From the IMG/VR virus record IMGVR_UViG_3300017776_000007, positions 1,664 to 65,663 of that record: DNA of 64,000 nt. One strand, 5' to 3'. The stretch comes from a virus (taxonomy: Duplodnaviria; Caudoviricetes). The notes under the pieces were generated by a model that saw nothing but the letters and a program-made list of their open reading frames with translations, was not told the DNA's origin and did no database searches. The translations under genes and the position numbers were made by a program. How positions within the stretch are numbered: the stretch's first letter is position 1; each line of letters begins with the position of its first letter. Positions 9,224-18,090 of the stretch are shown in pieces.

Positions 9224-9231
9224 TATAAATA
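9224..9231 (+). promoter_or_regulatory. T4-type late promoter
   Basis: TATAAATA, 5 nt before ATG 9237. Confidence 0.75.
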
Positions 9232-9236
9232 GATAT

Positions 9237-9395
9237 ATGGCCAGAACAGCAAAAATAATAAAAACAATTGCCACTAAACCCAAGTGTTCTTCACAGGGGT
9301 TAGGTGGTCGTGGTCGTTCAACCAAAATAGGGTTGAGTACTATGAACAAACATAGAAAACGGAGCTATAAGGGTTATCGTGGGCAAGGTAAGTAA
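9237..9395 (+). CDS. Small very basic protein ending YRGQGK (52 aa; not in ORF track)
   Basis: MARTAKIIKTIATKPKCSSQGLGGRGRSTKIGLSTMNKHRKRSYKGYRGQGK*. Confidence 0.7.
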   Translation: MARTAKIIKTIATKPKCSSQGLGGRGRSTKIGLSTMNKHRKRSYKGYRGQGK

Positions 9396-9594
9396 AAACG
9401 ATATTACTGGAGACAGTATTCAAACAAAAGTAGCAAGTAATGCATATTGGGATAACTATGATGCAATATTTGGAAAGAAACAAAAAGTAAAACAACAGTC
9501 AATGACTGAACTTAATTGGGATGGAAATGAAGACCGAGGCAGGTATGGCGAAGATGAGTCGAAACAAAACGAGGTATCATCGAGTTCTGTTTGA
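9379..9594 (+). CDS. Small phage hypothetical protein
   Basis: KNDITGDSIQTK...YWDNYDAIFGKK; GTG start. Confidence 0.55.
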   Translation: MGKVSKNDITGDSIQTKVASNAYWDNYDAIFGKKQKVKQQSMTELNWDGNEDRGRYGEDESKQNEVSSSSV

Positions 9595-9694
9595 TCAGGA
9601 CAGTCCATTCAAGCGTCATCAAGTTGTTCCCAATAAAAAGAAAAATATTCCGCGTAAGTCAAAGAACGGGAATATAAATATAAAAGAGGATTAA
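9545..9694 (+). CDS. Small basic protein (49 aa; not in ORF track)
   Basis: MAKMSRNKTRYHRVLFDQDSPFKRHQVVPNKKKNIPRKSKNGNINIKED*; GAGGCAGG upstream. Confidence 0.45.
   Translation: MAKMSRNKTRYHRVLFDQDSPFKRHQVVPNKKKNIPRKSKNGNINIKED
9673..9680 (+). promoter_or_regulatory. T4-type late promoter
   Basis: TATAAATA followed by AGAGGA SD and ATG 9697. Confidence 0.65.
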
Positions 9695-9696
9695 AT

Positions 9697-9960
9697 ATGG
9701 CAGATTTATTAGATTTTGATTTCGGGTTTACCGCAGTTGATGAAAATGAACTAGAGGCAGTACAAAAGGTTACTACTGAAGCTTCTAGCACGTCTGCTTC
9801 CTTACAAGAAACAGAAGAGAAACTTAACAAATTGTATAACTCGATCTTGCCACTTCTTACTAATTTAAAGAAGAATCCCGAAAAGGAATATATTCTCTGG
9901 CCAAATAGAGTAGAGAAAATAGAGCAATTTGAGGATTTAATTTCGGGGATAATTAAATGA
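9697..9960 (+). CDS. Conserved phage hypothetical protein
   Basis: DFDFGFTAVDE and NLKKNPEKEYILWPNR motifs. Confidence 0.7.
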   Translation: MADLLDFDFGFTAVDENELEAVQKVTTEASSTSASLQETEEKLNKLYNSILPLLTNLKKNPEKEYILWPNRVEKIEQFEDLISGIIK

Positions 9961-11291
9961 CACTAATTTCAAGTGGTGCATTGGCATTAAAAGATTTAGG
10001 AACTAACCCATCCTCTAGTACAATATTGGATACTGGTTATAATGCATTTTCTCTGGCATCTGATACTTCGTTTACTTTAAATCAGGCTTATAGGCTATAT
10101 TATGATGGCGAAGTAAATGCTTGGGAATATGCCAATGATGTGCTTGTTGATGGAACTGCATATGTATATAAAAGGCAATCAACTTCGGCCTATCACGATT
10201 CAGGCCACCAGACAGGTATTTATAGCGCCACTGGTTATACTGCTGATATAGGTACTGCATTAGAACGAACAGGACAAGCAACAGCATACTCTTCCCAAAC
10301 ATATGTTTCTGGAATTGGTTTAAATGCTAGTTCAAGTTCTACACTAGGAAGTTTAACCTCAGCTGCTCAAACATTTGGATCTCCTGATGGTAATACTCGT
10401 ACTATTAGTGATTTCGGATTATGTCAAAATACAAATTCAAATACTGGTTACAACCAATCCCAAGATAAGGGTAATATAATTTGGTTTGGCCTTGTCGGTT
10501 TAGTATCTAATACTGATACTGCTGCATTTTATAATATGACTATTTATGATAGTAGCGGTAATGGAATAACTGGCCTCACTAGATCAAGTGCAACTTATGT
10601 ATATGACGGAAATGTCACAATATGGACTTGGCATAACGTTGCTGATAGCTCTATGAATTATGTGTCACAAAGTGGTATAACCAGAATGATATTAACTTCG
10701 GCAAGTGCAACATCATTTAATAATGGTATTTCAGAAGAAATGTCAGGCGGCACTGATTCTAATCCGATTAAAATGAGCGACTATTATAAAGGTGGAACTT
10801 ATCACAATACCCCGAATATACCCACTTCTGGACAAATAGAATTTTCAGATTTTTATGGAAAGGCAAGAGTTGGGGCAGGCGGCACTAGTATACATGCAAC
10901 TAGTTGGGTTGGGGAATTTAATTGGAACTATGTATCGTTTTCTGGATTTAATAATGCATCAAGTCTAGGATCTATGGGCACTGCTTCTTTTACTTATCCA
11001 AGTAGTACTACTGCATCAATTATTACTCTTTATAATATTAATAACGGAAACACTTATCTTACTTTAAGCGGAAACCAGTTTCCGAATAGTGGTTGGTCGA
11101 ATTTAAAAATATGGGTAAATAATTCCACCGGATCGGGTAGTCCGACTTATACCTTTACCCGAAGTAGTGGAACTAGATCAGTAAACACATCTGCTTCTCC
11201 TAATACAACAACTTGGCTTTGGAGTGGTAGTCACGCATATGCGCCAGCAACTATTGGAGCAACATATAATAACTATTTGGTAATCGACTAA
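9957..11291 (+). CDS. Ser/Thr/Gly-rich putative virion/fibre protein
   Basis: Beta-rich composition; IKMSDYY...IPTSGQIEFSDFYG motif typical of phage fibre-associated proteins. Confidence 0.6.
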   Translation: MTLISSGALALKDLGTNPSSSTILDTGYNAFSLASDTSFTLNQAYRLYYDGEVNAWEYANDVLVDGTAYVYKRQSTSAYHDSGHQTGIYSATGYTADIGTALERTGQATAYSSQTYVSGIGLNASSSSTLGSLTSAAQTFGSPDGNTRTISDFGLCQNTNSNTGYNQSQDKGNIIWFGLVGLVSNTDTAAFYNMTIYDSSGNGITGLTRSSATYVYDGNVTIWTWHNVADSSMNYVSQSGITRMILTSASATSFNNGISEEMSGGTDSNPIKMSDYYKGGTYHNTPNIPTSGQIEFSDFYGKARVGAGGTSIHATSWVGEFNWNYVSFSGFNNASSLGSMGTASFTYPSSTTASIITLYNINNGNTYLTLSGNQFPNSGWSNLKIWVNNSTGSGSPTYTFTRSSGTRSVNTSASPNTTTWLWSGSHAYAPATIGATYNNYLVID

Positions 11292-12175
11292 TGGAATATA
11301 CATATAAAAATTTGGGTGGTGAATCTATACCCGCTGATGAAAACTTACCAAGACCTAAATATCCAATTATTAGAGTTACTGATAAGAATGGTAGTTTTTC
11401 TGAAAAACAAATGGTCTATACTGACAATGCATTAGACTTTGATAAAAGTCAAAGATCAGTTTTGGCAGATTATGAAATGGCTATAGGTCAAGGTAAGACC
11501 CACATGGACTATACTTTTGCAAATTTAGGAAAGGTATGGAGAGATGATGTATATATGGCTGGGGAATTAGCCAGACAAGATATTTCTATCTCAACAGATG
11601 AAGGGTCTTCTATAGTAGATAAATTAGAAGCAGGATGGGACGGATTTGTTCCTGATTACAGGACACGGAATATTAATTTAGTATCAGAGTTTACTCCTTT
11701 GAGAGCGCCGTATGTCAATAATAGTATTTCTTTTTATGAACAGAATTCTCCAAGCGAAGAATTAATTACTCAATATGGTCTACCCTATGAAACATATTTG
11801 CCATGGTACGGTTTAAAATTCGACAAGGTCACTAACTCTGTTGCAATGAAGGCTGTATTACCATTCGTTGAAATGCACAGAGTTCACTCAGACATTGCTA
11901 CGAAAATAGAAAAGTTAATACCAGTTTGTGGTAATCATTTCTTTGCAGTTATATATAATACAGAGAAAAAAATAAATAGTAATATTGATGTTTATTTTTA
12001 TGCAAGTCACGATACTGTTTCAAACTGGATTAATACTAAAAATCCGGATATGGCATTACCATATACAGATACTTCATTAAATGATAAACTATGGATTTGG
12101 GGCGCTGTATATAATACAGAATTAAATAAACTTACGCATCTTAAGGCGTATATAAGATATTATTTAGAGGATTAA
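11291..12175 (+). CDS. Hypothetical protein
   Basis: 294-aa ORF coupled to the upstream gene (TAATG). Confidence 0.6.
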   Translation: MEYTYKNLGGESIPADENLPRPKYPIIRVTDKNGSFSEKQMVYTDNALDFDKSQRSVLADYEMAIGQGKTHMDYTFANLGKVWRDDVYMAGELARQDISISTDEGSSIVDKLEAGWDGFVPDYRTRNINLVSEFTPLRAPYVNNSISFYEQNSPSEELITQYGLPYETYLPWYGLKFDKVTNSVAMKAVLPFVEMHRVHSDIATKIEKLIPVCGNHFFAVIYNTEKKINSNIDVYFYASHDTVSNWINTKNPDMALPYTDTSLNDKLWIWGAVYNTELNKLTHLKAYIRYYLED

Positions 12176-12176
12176 T

Positions 12177-12641
12177 ATGTTTTTTAATAGAGACAAAGAT
12201 ATTGACGTTGATCAATTAAGAGAACAACTTATTATAGATGAGGGACAAGTAAATGAAATTTATAATGATCACCTCGGTTATGCTACATTTGGCATTGGAC
12301 ACTTGGTACTGGAAGGAGACCCAGAACATGGGATGGAGGTCGGTACTCCAGTGGCAGAGGATAGAGTCATTGAATGTTTTGCCAAGGATGTAGAAACAGT
12401 TATCAAAGATTGTAAAAAATTACATGATGGTTGGGACGGTTACCCACAAGAGGTGAAACAAATCGTTGCAAATATGATGTTTAATATGGGACTCACGCGC
12501 TTGAGCAAATTTAAGAACCACAACGCAGCGCTGCAATGTGGTGATTGGAAGGAGGCGGCTGTAGAAGGTCGTGATTCAAGATGGTACAAACAAGTGACAA
12601 ATCGAGCGGAAAGACTTATGTCGAGACTAGAGGCGGTATAA
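12177..12641 (+). CDS. Phage lysozyme (GH24, T4 lysozyme-like)
   Basis: DEG...YNDHLGYATFGIGHL catalytic E-D-T pattern, NMMFNMG, SRWYKQVTNRAERL. Confidence 0.92.
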   Translation: MFFNRDKDIDVDQLREQLIIDEGQVNEIYNDHLGYATFGIGHLVLEGDPEHGMEVGTPVAEDRVIECFAKDVETVIKDCKKLHDGWDGYPQEVKQIVANMMFNMGLTRLSKFKNHNAALQCGDWKEAAVEGRDSRWYKQVTNRAERLMSRLEAV

Positions 12642-12766
12642 ATTATTATCATACCGACGAACCTCAAACTGAAAAAGGATGGTATTGGTGTTACGAAAAG
12701 AAAGGTCTTTTCAGATACACTGATTGGAATATAACTAAAGAAGAAATGGAGAAGAAATATGGCTGA
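12581..12766 (+). CDS. Possible small Trp/Tyr-rich protein (start uncertain)
   Basis: Fills the gap between lysozyme and 12759; KGWYWCYEKKGLFRYTDW. Confidence 0.35.
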   Translation: MVQTSDKSSGKTYVETRGGINYYHTDEPQTEKGWYWCYEKKGLFRYTDWNITKEEMEKKYG

Positions 12767-13007
12767 CTCAGTCGAACTTTTGGGATCTGAAACAAATTTA
12801 GCTTCTGCAACTAGTGTAGGTAATGCTACCTTGGTTAGAGTATATAACTCTGGTAATGCTGGATTGGTCACTCTTAAAGATGGATCAACAGTAGTAGGTA
12901 CAGTTACACTAAAGCAGTATGAATGCTTAAATATGCAAAAGGCCCCAGCACATACGTTAGAGGGTGGTTCTGGTTTTAAGGTTGTTAAAATAGCCTTTAC
13001 GAACTAA
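12759..13007 (+). CDS. Small beta-rich hypothetical (possible virion) protein
   Basis: GGAGA SD, 82 aa. Confidence 0.65.
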   Translation: MADSVELLGSETNLASATSVGNATLVRVYNSGNAGLVTLKDGSTVVGTVTLKQYECLNMQKAPAHTLEGGSGFKVVKIAFTN

Positions 13008-13033
13008 TTTACACTTTCTTAAGGTCATACCTA

Positions 13034-13041
13034 TATAAATA
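13034..13041 (+). promoter_or_regulatory. T4-type late promoter heading the curli/cyclase cluster
   Basis: TATAAATA, 5 nt before ATG 13047. Confidence 0.75.
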
Positions 13042-13046
13042 AAAGT

Positions 13047-13343
13047 ATGGCCGAAATCTTTGAATTAATTGCTCAAGTCGGTGCTCCTATTGCGGGAGCA
13101 CTCGCTATGGGCGTCTTTATTTTCCTAATTATAAAACAAATTTTAGAAGGGCTAGTCGGGCAGATTAGAACCCTTACACTGTTTTGTGAGTCATTGGAAA
13201 ATAGAGCAAGAACTATGGCGAATGAAATGATTAAAATTGATATGTTAGTCAGTAGTGCGCTTGAATTGAGGCCAGATATAGAAAGAGTTGCACGTGCAGA
13301 AAACTTTGTTGAAGATGGTAAAGTTGATGTGAGACGTGACTAA
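13047..13343 (+). CDS. Single-TM coiled-coil membrane protein (holin-like)
   Basis: IAQVGAPIAG TM segment followed by a helical soluble tail. Confidence 0.55.
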   Translation: MAEIFELIAQVGAPIAGALAMGVFIFLIIKQILEGLVGQIRTLTLFCESLENRARTMANEMIKIDMLVSSALELRPDIERVARAENFVEDGKVDVRRD

Positions 13344-13450
13344 TGGTAGACGAAGTCGAAATGGTTGAATATTCATTTACTAGAGACTTTATTCTAATGT
13401 GTTCATTAGGACTGAATGTGGGATTTTTCATAAGTTTATTATTTATTTAG
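13343..13450 (+). CDS. Small TM peptide (35 aa; not in ORF track)
   Basis: TAATG coupling; MVDEVEMVEYSFTRDFILMCSLGLNVGFFISLLFI*. Confidence 0.5.
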   Translation: MVDEVEMVEYSFTRDFILMCSLGLNVGFFISLLFI

Positions 13451-13459
13451 GAGAATAAT

Positions 13460-13711
13460 ATGGATCAATTGGTAAACGGTATTTCAGATTATGGATTCCC
13501 AATTGTTGCATGTGTTGGTTTTGGCTACTTTCTATATTATATTTGGTGTTTTATTTCAGATGTAATAGAACCTGAAATAGAGAAGATGCATATGGCATTA
13601 ATTAGAGTTATTGACCAAACAAGAATGCTCGATCAGGATTTAATAAGATTGCAGCAAAAGGTCAATGTGGTTTTGGAATATAAGGAAAATGAAAAAAAGA
13701 AACGCGAATAA
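13460..13711 (+). CDS. Single-TM coiled-coil membrane protein (YvrJ/BhlA-holin-like)
   Basis: ISDYGFPIVAC TM motif, coiled-coil tail; AGGAG SD; resembles the 13047 protein. Confidence 0.55.
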   Translation: MDQLVNGISDYGFPIVACVGFGYFLYYIWCFISDVIEPEIEKMHMALIRVIDQTRMLDQDLIRLQQKVNVVLEYKENEKKKRE

Positions 13712-14258
13712 CAGAGAATGGGAATTATTAAAGAGCGCTGTAGGCCCTAGAATTTGGGATAGATGGGATTTATTTCATGCATTTATTTTTGGATGTATTA
13801 TAACATTTTTATTTATGTCGCCTGCTGCTTTTGCAGATGAAATAAAATTTGGGTTTAAAAATCCATCTTTTAGTGGACAAGGTACTGGAGCTCATTATTT
13901 AACAATTGAGAATCAAGAACATTCCCGTAAAAAGGCAATAGAAGATGCCTTAGAGGCCGCTAGAAAGGCAGCCGAAAGAGAAGAAAATAATACAACACTT
14001 GCTAAGTTTATACGAAACTTGGAGAGCAGAATTTATGCTCAAATGGCCAAACAGATGGTTGAATCCATGTTTAGTAATGATGGCTCAGTAAGATATGGTT
14101 CATTTACATTGGAAGGCAGTGTGGTAACATACGAAGTACTTACCAATGAGGATGGTTCAGAATATATTAAAATGACAATAGTAGATTCTGAGGGAACAGA
14201 AACTATAATTGAGATTCCTGTAGGCACAGGTAACTTCGGGCAAGACTCGGATGGCTAA
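13689..14258 (+). CDS. csgF: Curli assembly component CsgF-like
   Basis: Signal peptide ending AFA, then EIKFGFKNPSFSG (CsgF N-terminal F-x-NP-x-F-x-G motif); directly upstream of csgG. Confidence 0.75.
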   Translation: MKKRNANNREWELLKSAVGPRIWDRWDLFHAFIFGCIITFLFMSPAAFADEIKFGFKNPSFSGQGTGAHYLTIENQEHSRKKAIEDALEAARKAAEREENNTTLAKFIRNLESRIYAQMAKQMVESMFSNDGSVRYGSFTLEGSVVTYEVLTNEDGSEYIKMTIVDSEGTETIIEIPVGTGNFGQDSDG

Positions 14259-15225
14259 GTATATTGGAATCATATTTTTAAGTATTTTAACTGGTTGTGC
14301 ATCTATACCGCAATGGAGTCCCGATCCGAAAGACTGTAACGATTTGGCTGGCAAGTATGATGAAGGTTTTAATCGACATCTTCAAATGGGTATACAGAAG
14401 ACTATGTCCAGAAAGTATATCTGTGTGGATGAACCAACTGCAGTTAGGTTACCAGCATATGTGGACTTATTAAATCTTCCACCTGCTAAGGAAAGACCAG
14501 TAGTTGCAGTATATAGTTTTATTGATAAAACAGGTCAAAGAAAATCAGTAGATAATATTGCATCATTTTCTACTGCAGTTACCCAAGGTGGTACAGAATT
14601 ATTAATAGATGCTCTAAAAACTGCAGGTGGAGGCACCTGGTTTAGAGTAGTAGAAAGGCAAGGTATTGATAACCTAGTCAGAGAAAGACAAATAGTAAGG
14701 TCGACACGACAAGATGTAGCAAAAGCATCAGGTGTAGACGCTAAAGGTGTGGGACCACTCTTATTCGCAGGAATGATTATAGAGGGTGGTATTATTGGGT
14801 ATGATACTAATACCGAAACTGGTGGCCGTGGAGCACGAACACTTGGTATCGGGTTTAGTAAAATGTATCGTAAAGACGTTGTAACGGTTTCTGTAAGAGC
14901 AGTATCGGTACTAACGGGTGAAATATTATTAAACGTTCAAGCCAAGAAATCGGTACTTTCTTATGGTGGTGGGGGTGATGTGTTCAGGTTTATAGAGCAA
15001 GGCACCCAATTAATTGAATATGAAGACGGAGTGGGAAATAATGAGTCAGTGACATACGCAGTACGGTCTGCCATTGAGGCTGCTGTACTTGAATTAATAT
15101 ACCAGGGGCATGACCGTAACTTCTGGGACTTAACCGAGGGCCACAGGCATCCGCATCAGTCTAACGGAGCGAATGCAAGGCACTCATTAAAAGAGGATAA
15201 CGAAAATGATGAAGAAAAAGATTAG
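14251..15225 (+). CDS. csgG: Curli secretion channel CsgG family lipoprotein
   Basis: Lipobox LTGC; VAVYSFIDKTGQRK, STAVTQG, WFRVVER.G.DNL.RERQI, EGGIIGYD motifs. Confidence 0.92.
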   Translation: MAKYIGIIFLSILTGCASIPQWSPDPKDCNDLAGKYDEGFNRHLQMGIQKTMSRKYICVDEPTAVRLPAYVDLLNLPPAKERPVVAVYSFIDKTGQRKSVDNIASFSTAVTQGGTELLIDALKTAGGGTWFRVVERQGIDNLVRERQIVRSTRQDVAKASGVDAKGVGPLLFAGMIIEGGIIGYDTNTETGGRGARTLGIGFSKMYRKDVVTVSVRAVSVLTGEILLNVQAKKSVLSYGGGGDVFRFIEQGTQLIEYEDGVGNNESVTYAVRSAIEAAVLELIYQGHDRNFWDLTEGHRHPHQSNGANARHSLKEDNENDEEKD

Positions 15226-15940
15226 TTTATTGTTCTTAATATCTATGGCGAGTTCATCAGTTTTCGCTGATGCAGATGATAATGAAATCATGATAGAACA
15301 GAGTGGTGACACTTTGACTCTATATATTGATCAAGTGGGATATGGTAACAAAATTGGTGGTAATGACTTTTCATCGTCACCTAGTGATATGGTAATTACA
15401 GGTTCTAGTTTAACATTTAATCTTGACATGATTGGTAACCAAAACTTGATTTATGGGCCTTTAACACTTGATTCATCCAGTTTAACATTTAATCTGACTG
15501 GTGATTCTAACGAAGTAGATTGGAGTGTTGGAGTAACTGGAAGTTCTGATACTTCAAATTATAACTTTGCAGTGACCGGTGATTCAAACACATTTGATAT
15601 TGATCAAGGTGCCGTAGTAAGTGCTGAAAGATTGGATGCAGATTTAATATTATTAGGTAATTCTAATGTATTCGATTTGGATTTTGAATCTGATGATGCT
15701 ACTTGGAACTTTGATATTACTGGAGATAGTAATAATGTTAATACTCTCCAAAAGGATGGTGAACATACTATAACAGTAGAATGGAATGGCGACGGCGGAG
15801 ATATTGATATTAATCAGTTAAGTGGTACTTGTGTTGGAGGTTCGCCTTGTGCAACACCTAATGCAATTATCAATTTAGATATTACATCTGACAATGCTAC
15901 AGTCCAAATTAATCAGACAGACAAAGCTAACGATAGTTAG
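15206..15940 (+). CDS. Secreted curlin-like beta-repeat protein
   Basis: Signal peptide; repeated (I/L/V)xGxxNxV/F units (TGDSNEV, TGDSNTF, LGNSNVF, TGDSNNV); acidic. Confidence 0.7.
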   Translation: MMKKKISLLFLISMASSSVFADADDNEIMIEQSGDTLTLYIDQVGYGNKIGGNDFSSSPSDMVITGSSLTFNLDMIGNQNLIYGPLTLDSSSLTFNLTGDSNEVDWSVGVTGSSDTSNYNFAVTGDSNTFDIDQGAVVSAERLDADLILLGNSNVFDLDFESDDATWNFDITGDSNNVNTLQKDGEHTITVEWNGDGGDIDINQLSGTCVGGSPCATPNAIINLDITSDNATVQINQTDKANDS

Positions 15941-17009
15941 TTTTTTACTATTCGCCAGTGGGGTTAAAGCTGATTCCATTGGTGATATAGTAGAGTCAAC
16001 TGGTGTTGGCCAGATCGTTAGAAATAACGAGCAGATAACTGTTACTGGCCAAAAAATACCTGTACAGTTATATGATGAGGCGAAAACTGGAAACGGAAGA
16101 ATATTAATTGAATTCTTAGATAAGGCAGAACTGGCCTTAAAAGAGCATTCAGAGGTATTAATAGACGAAATATATTATGACCCGGATCCTTCACTCTCAA
16201 AAATGAGTATGAAGTTTACAATGGGTACAGCTAGATTTGCATCTGGTAGATTGGGTTTAGTAAATAAAGCCAATATAGACATCTCAACCCCTACTGCATC
16301 GATTGCTGTTAGGGGAACAGATTTTACTACTACCGTAGATGAATTGGGCAGATCGCTTATTATATTATTACCAGATGATAATGGTGACCCTTCGGGAGAA
16401 ATAGTAGTTTCAAATGAAGGAGGCGAGGTTACCTTAACTCAGGCCTATGCGGCCACAATGGTATCTTCACTAGACCAATCACCAACACAAACAGTTGTCG
16501 TTAATGGTATCACACCAGCTTTAATTGACAATATGTTTATTGTTGCACCTCCGCCTGAGGTTGAAGATCAAATAAAAGAAGAAATGGCGGATGATGCAGA
16601 ACAGGATAAAGGTCTTCTTGATATTGACTTTTTAGAATTTGATGAATTAGAAAAGGATGAATTAGAAGAAACAGAAGAAGACTTAGATTTTAACGAACTT
16701 GATATTGATGAATTAAATGTCGATTTTTTAGTTGACGTTTTAGATATTATTGATTCTTCCGATTTATTTGATACCTTAGGTGAATTTAATATTAAGGGCG
16801 CAGCAAAGGGGTTCAATGATGAATCCCAATTTAATGTATTCTTAGAAGACGGCGCATTGGTTCTATATAGAAATGTGAATGGTAAAATAAGAATTAAAAT
16901 TGGAGCTGGTGGTAATTTTACAGTGGACTCCATAACACCAACTTGGGAAGGTATCATAACAGGGAATGAGGGAGAAGATATCCTCATTTATATTAATCAG
17001 GTGAATTAA
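15894..17009 (+). CDS. FecR-domain periplasmic protein
   Basis: D.AKTGNGR..I.F.D, TPTASIAVRGTDF FecR motifs; N-terminal signal; acidic C-terminal linker. Confidence 0.85.
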   Translation: MLQSKLIRQTKLTIVSFLLFASGVKADSIGDIVESTGVGQIVRNNEQITVTGQKIPVQLYDEAKTGNGRILIEFLDKAELALKEHSEVLIDEIYYDPDPSLSKMSMKFTMGTARFASGRLGLVNKANIDISTPTASIAVRGTDFTTTVDELGRSLIILLPDDNGDPSGEIVVSNEGGEVTLTQAYAATMVSSLDQSPTQTVVVNGITPALIDNMFIVAPPPEVEDQIKEEMADDAEQDKGLLDIDFLEFDELEKDELEETEEDLDFNELDIDELNVDFLVDVLDIIDSSDLFDTLGEFNIKGAAKGFNDESQFNVFLEDGALVLYRNVNGKIRIKIGAGGNFTVDSITPTWEGIITGNEGEDILIYINQVN

Positions 17010-17741
17010 ATGAAAGTAACAGGAACACATTTAGGCATATTAATTATATTATTATTCTTTACAGCACAAATATTTGCTGATGATAATATAATCTCGTTAG
17101 AACAATCTGGAGATAATTTACAGTTAGGTGTTGATCAGATTGGATATGATAACGAAATTACAATGTTAGATGGTAATTCATATATTAATGCATCAAGCCT
17201 TGGTATGTACTTGGTTCAAGTGAATACAAGCACTGGTTCTAATCCTAACACAATCACATTCGATGAAGTGAGTGGAACAGGTAATAAAATGAAACTCGGT
17301 CAAGGTATTGCTTGGACTACACTTGATTCTGATACTGATTTAACATGGTACTATGATAATTACGAAGGTGGTGGCCATGAGATTGATATAACCATGTATG
17401 GCGACTATAATGAATTAGCAGTTCAACAAACAAACCAAACAGGTGCATTAGATGGACATGATTTTGATTTACACTTGGCTGGTGATTATAACGATGTTCA
17501 AATAAAGCAACAAAGTAATGGTGCAAAAAATATAGACCTTACAATATATAACGACTATAATGATGTATTCATTCGGCAGAAAGGTGCCAATGCAACTCAC
17601 AGTGCAAATGTAACACTTGATGGGTTATATGGTACCGACTTAACATTAAAACAATTAGGAACTACAACACAAACATATAGTATTAGCATTAACTGTATGA
17701 CAGTAGGTGGTTGTTCTACAACAGTCGAGCAAGGTAATTAA
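17010..17741 (+). CDS. Secreted curlin-like beta-repeat protein (second paralog)
   Basis: Signal peptide; GDYNELAVQQ, GDYNDVQIKQ, NDYNDVFIRQ repeats; N-terminus resembles the 15206 protein. Confidence 0.72.
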   Translation: MKVTGTHLGILIILLFFTAQIFADDNIISLEQSGDNLQLGVDQIGYDNEITMLDGNSYINASSLGMYLVQVNTSTGSNPNTITFDEVSGTGNKMKLGQGIAWTTLDSDTDLTWYYDNYEGGGHEIDITMYGDYNELAVQQTNQTGALDGHDFDLHLAGDYNDVQIKQQSNGAKNIDLTIYNDYNDVFIRQKGANATHSANVTLDGLYGTDLTLKQLGTTTQTYSISINCMTVGGCSTTVEQGN

Positions 17742-17743
17742 TA

Positions 17744-18010
17744 ATGGAAGAATTTAAATGCCCAGAAGATATGATTTGCATGACAGACGAACAGTGGTAT
17801 GATTTTGTAAATGAATACGAAATAGACCTAAGTGGCGAATTAGAAATGGCAGAAATAAGTGACGCCCAGGCAGTTGCTGATTTTACATGGCAAGTATTAT
17901 TCTTAACTCCATGGGAGTTGGCATATATTGCATTACCGATGAGTGTCTTGGCCTTCTACGGGTTAAGTATATACGCAATCTTTAAATACATTCAAAGAAG
18001 ATTTAGCTGA
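17744..18010 (+). CDS. Small membrane protein
   Basis: Acidic N-terminus with CPEDMIC, C-terminal TM helix. Confidence 0.6.
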   Translation: MEEFKCPEDMICMTDEQWYDFVNEYEIDLSGELEMAEISDAQAVADFTWQVLFLTPWELAYIALPMSVLAFYGLSIYAIFKYIQRRFS

Positions 18011-18090
18011 TGAATTCTTATCAAAGATTTCTTCGTCTTAAATATGGGTGGGGTATTCCTAAAGGCTTATATATAGACGTATACGCATGA
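18010..18090 (+). CDS. Possible 26-aa coupling peptide
   Basis: TGATG overlap with the upstream stop and ATGA overlap with the cyclase start. Confidence 0.35.
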   Translation: MNSYQRFLRLKYGWGIPKGLYIDVYA

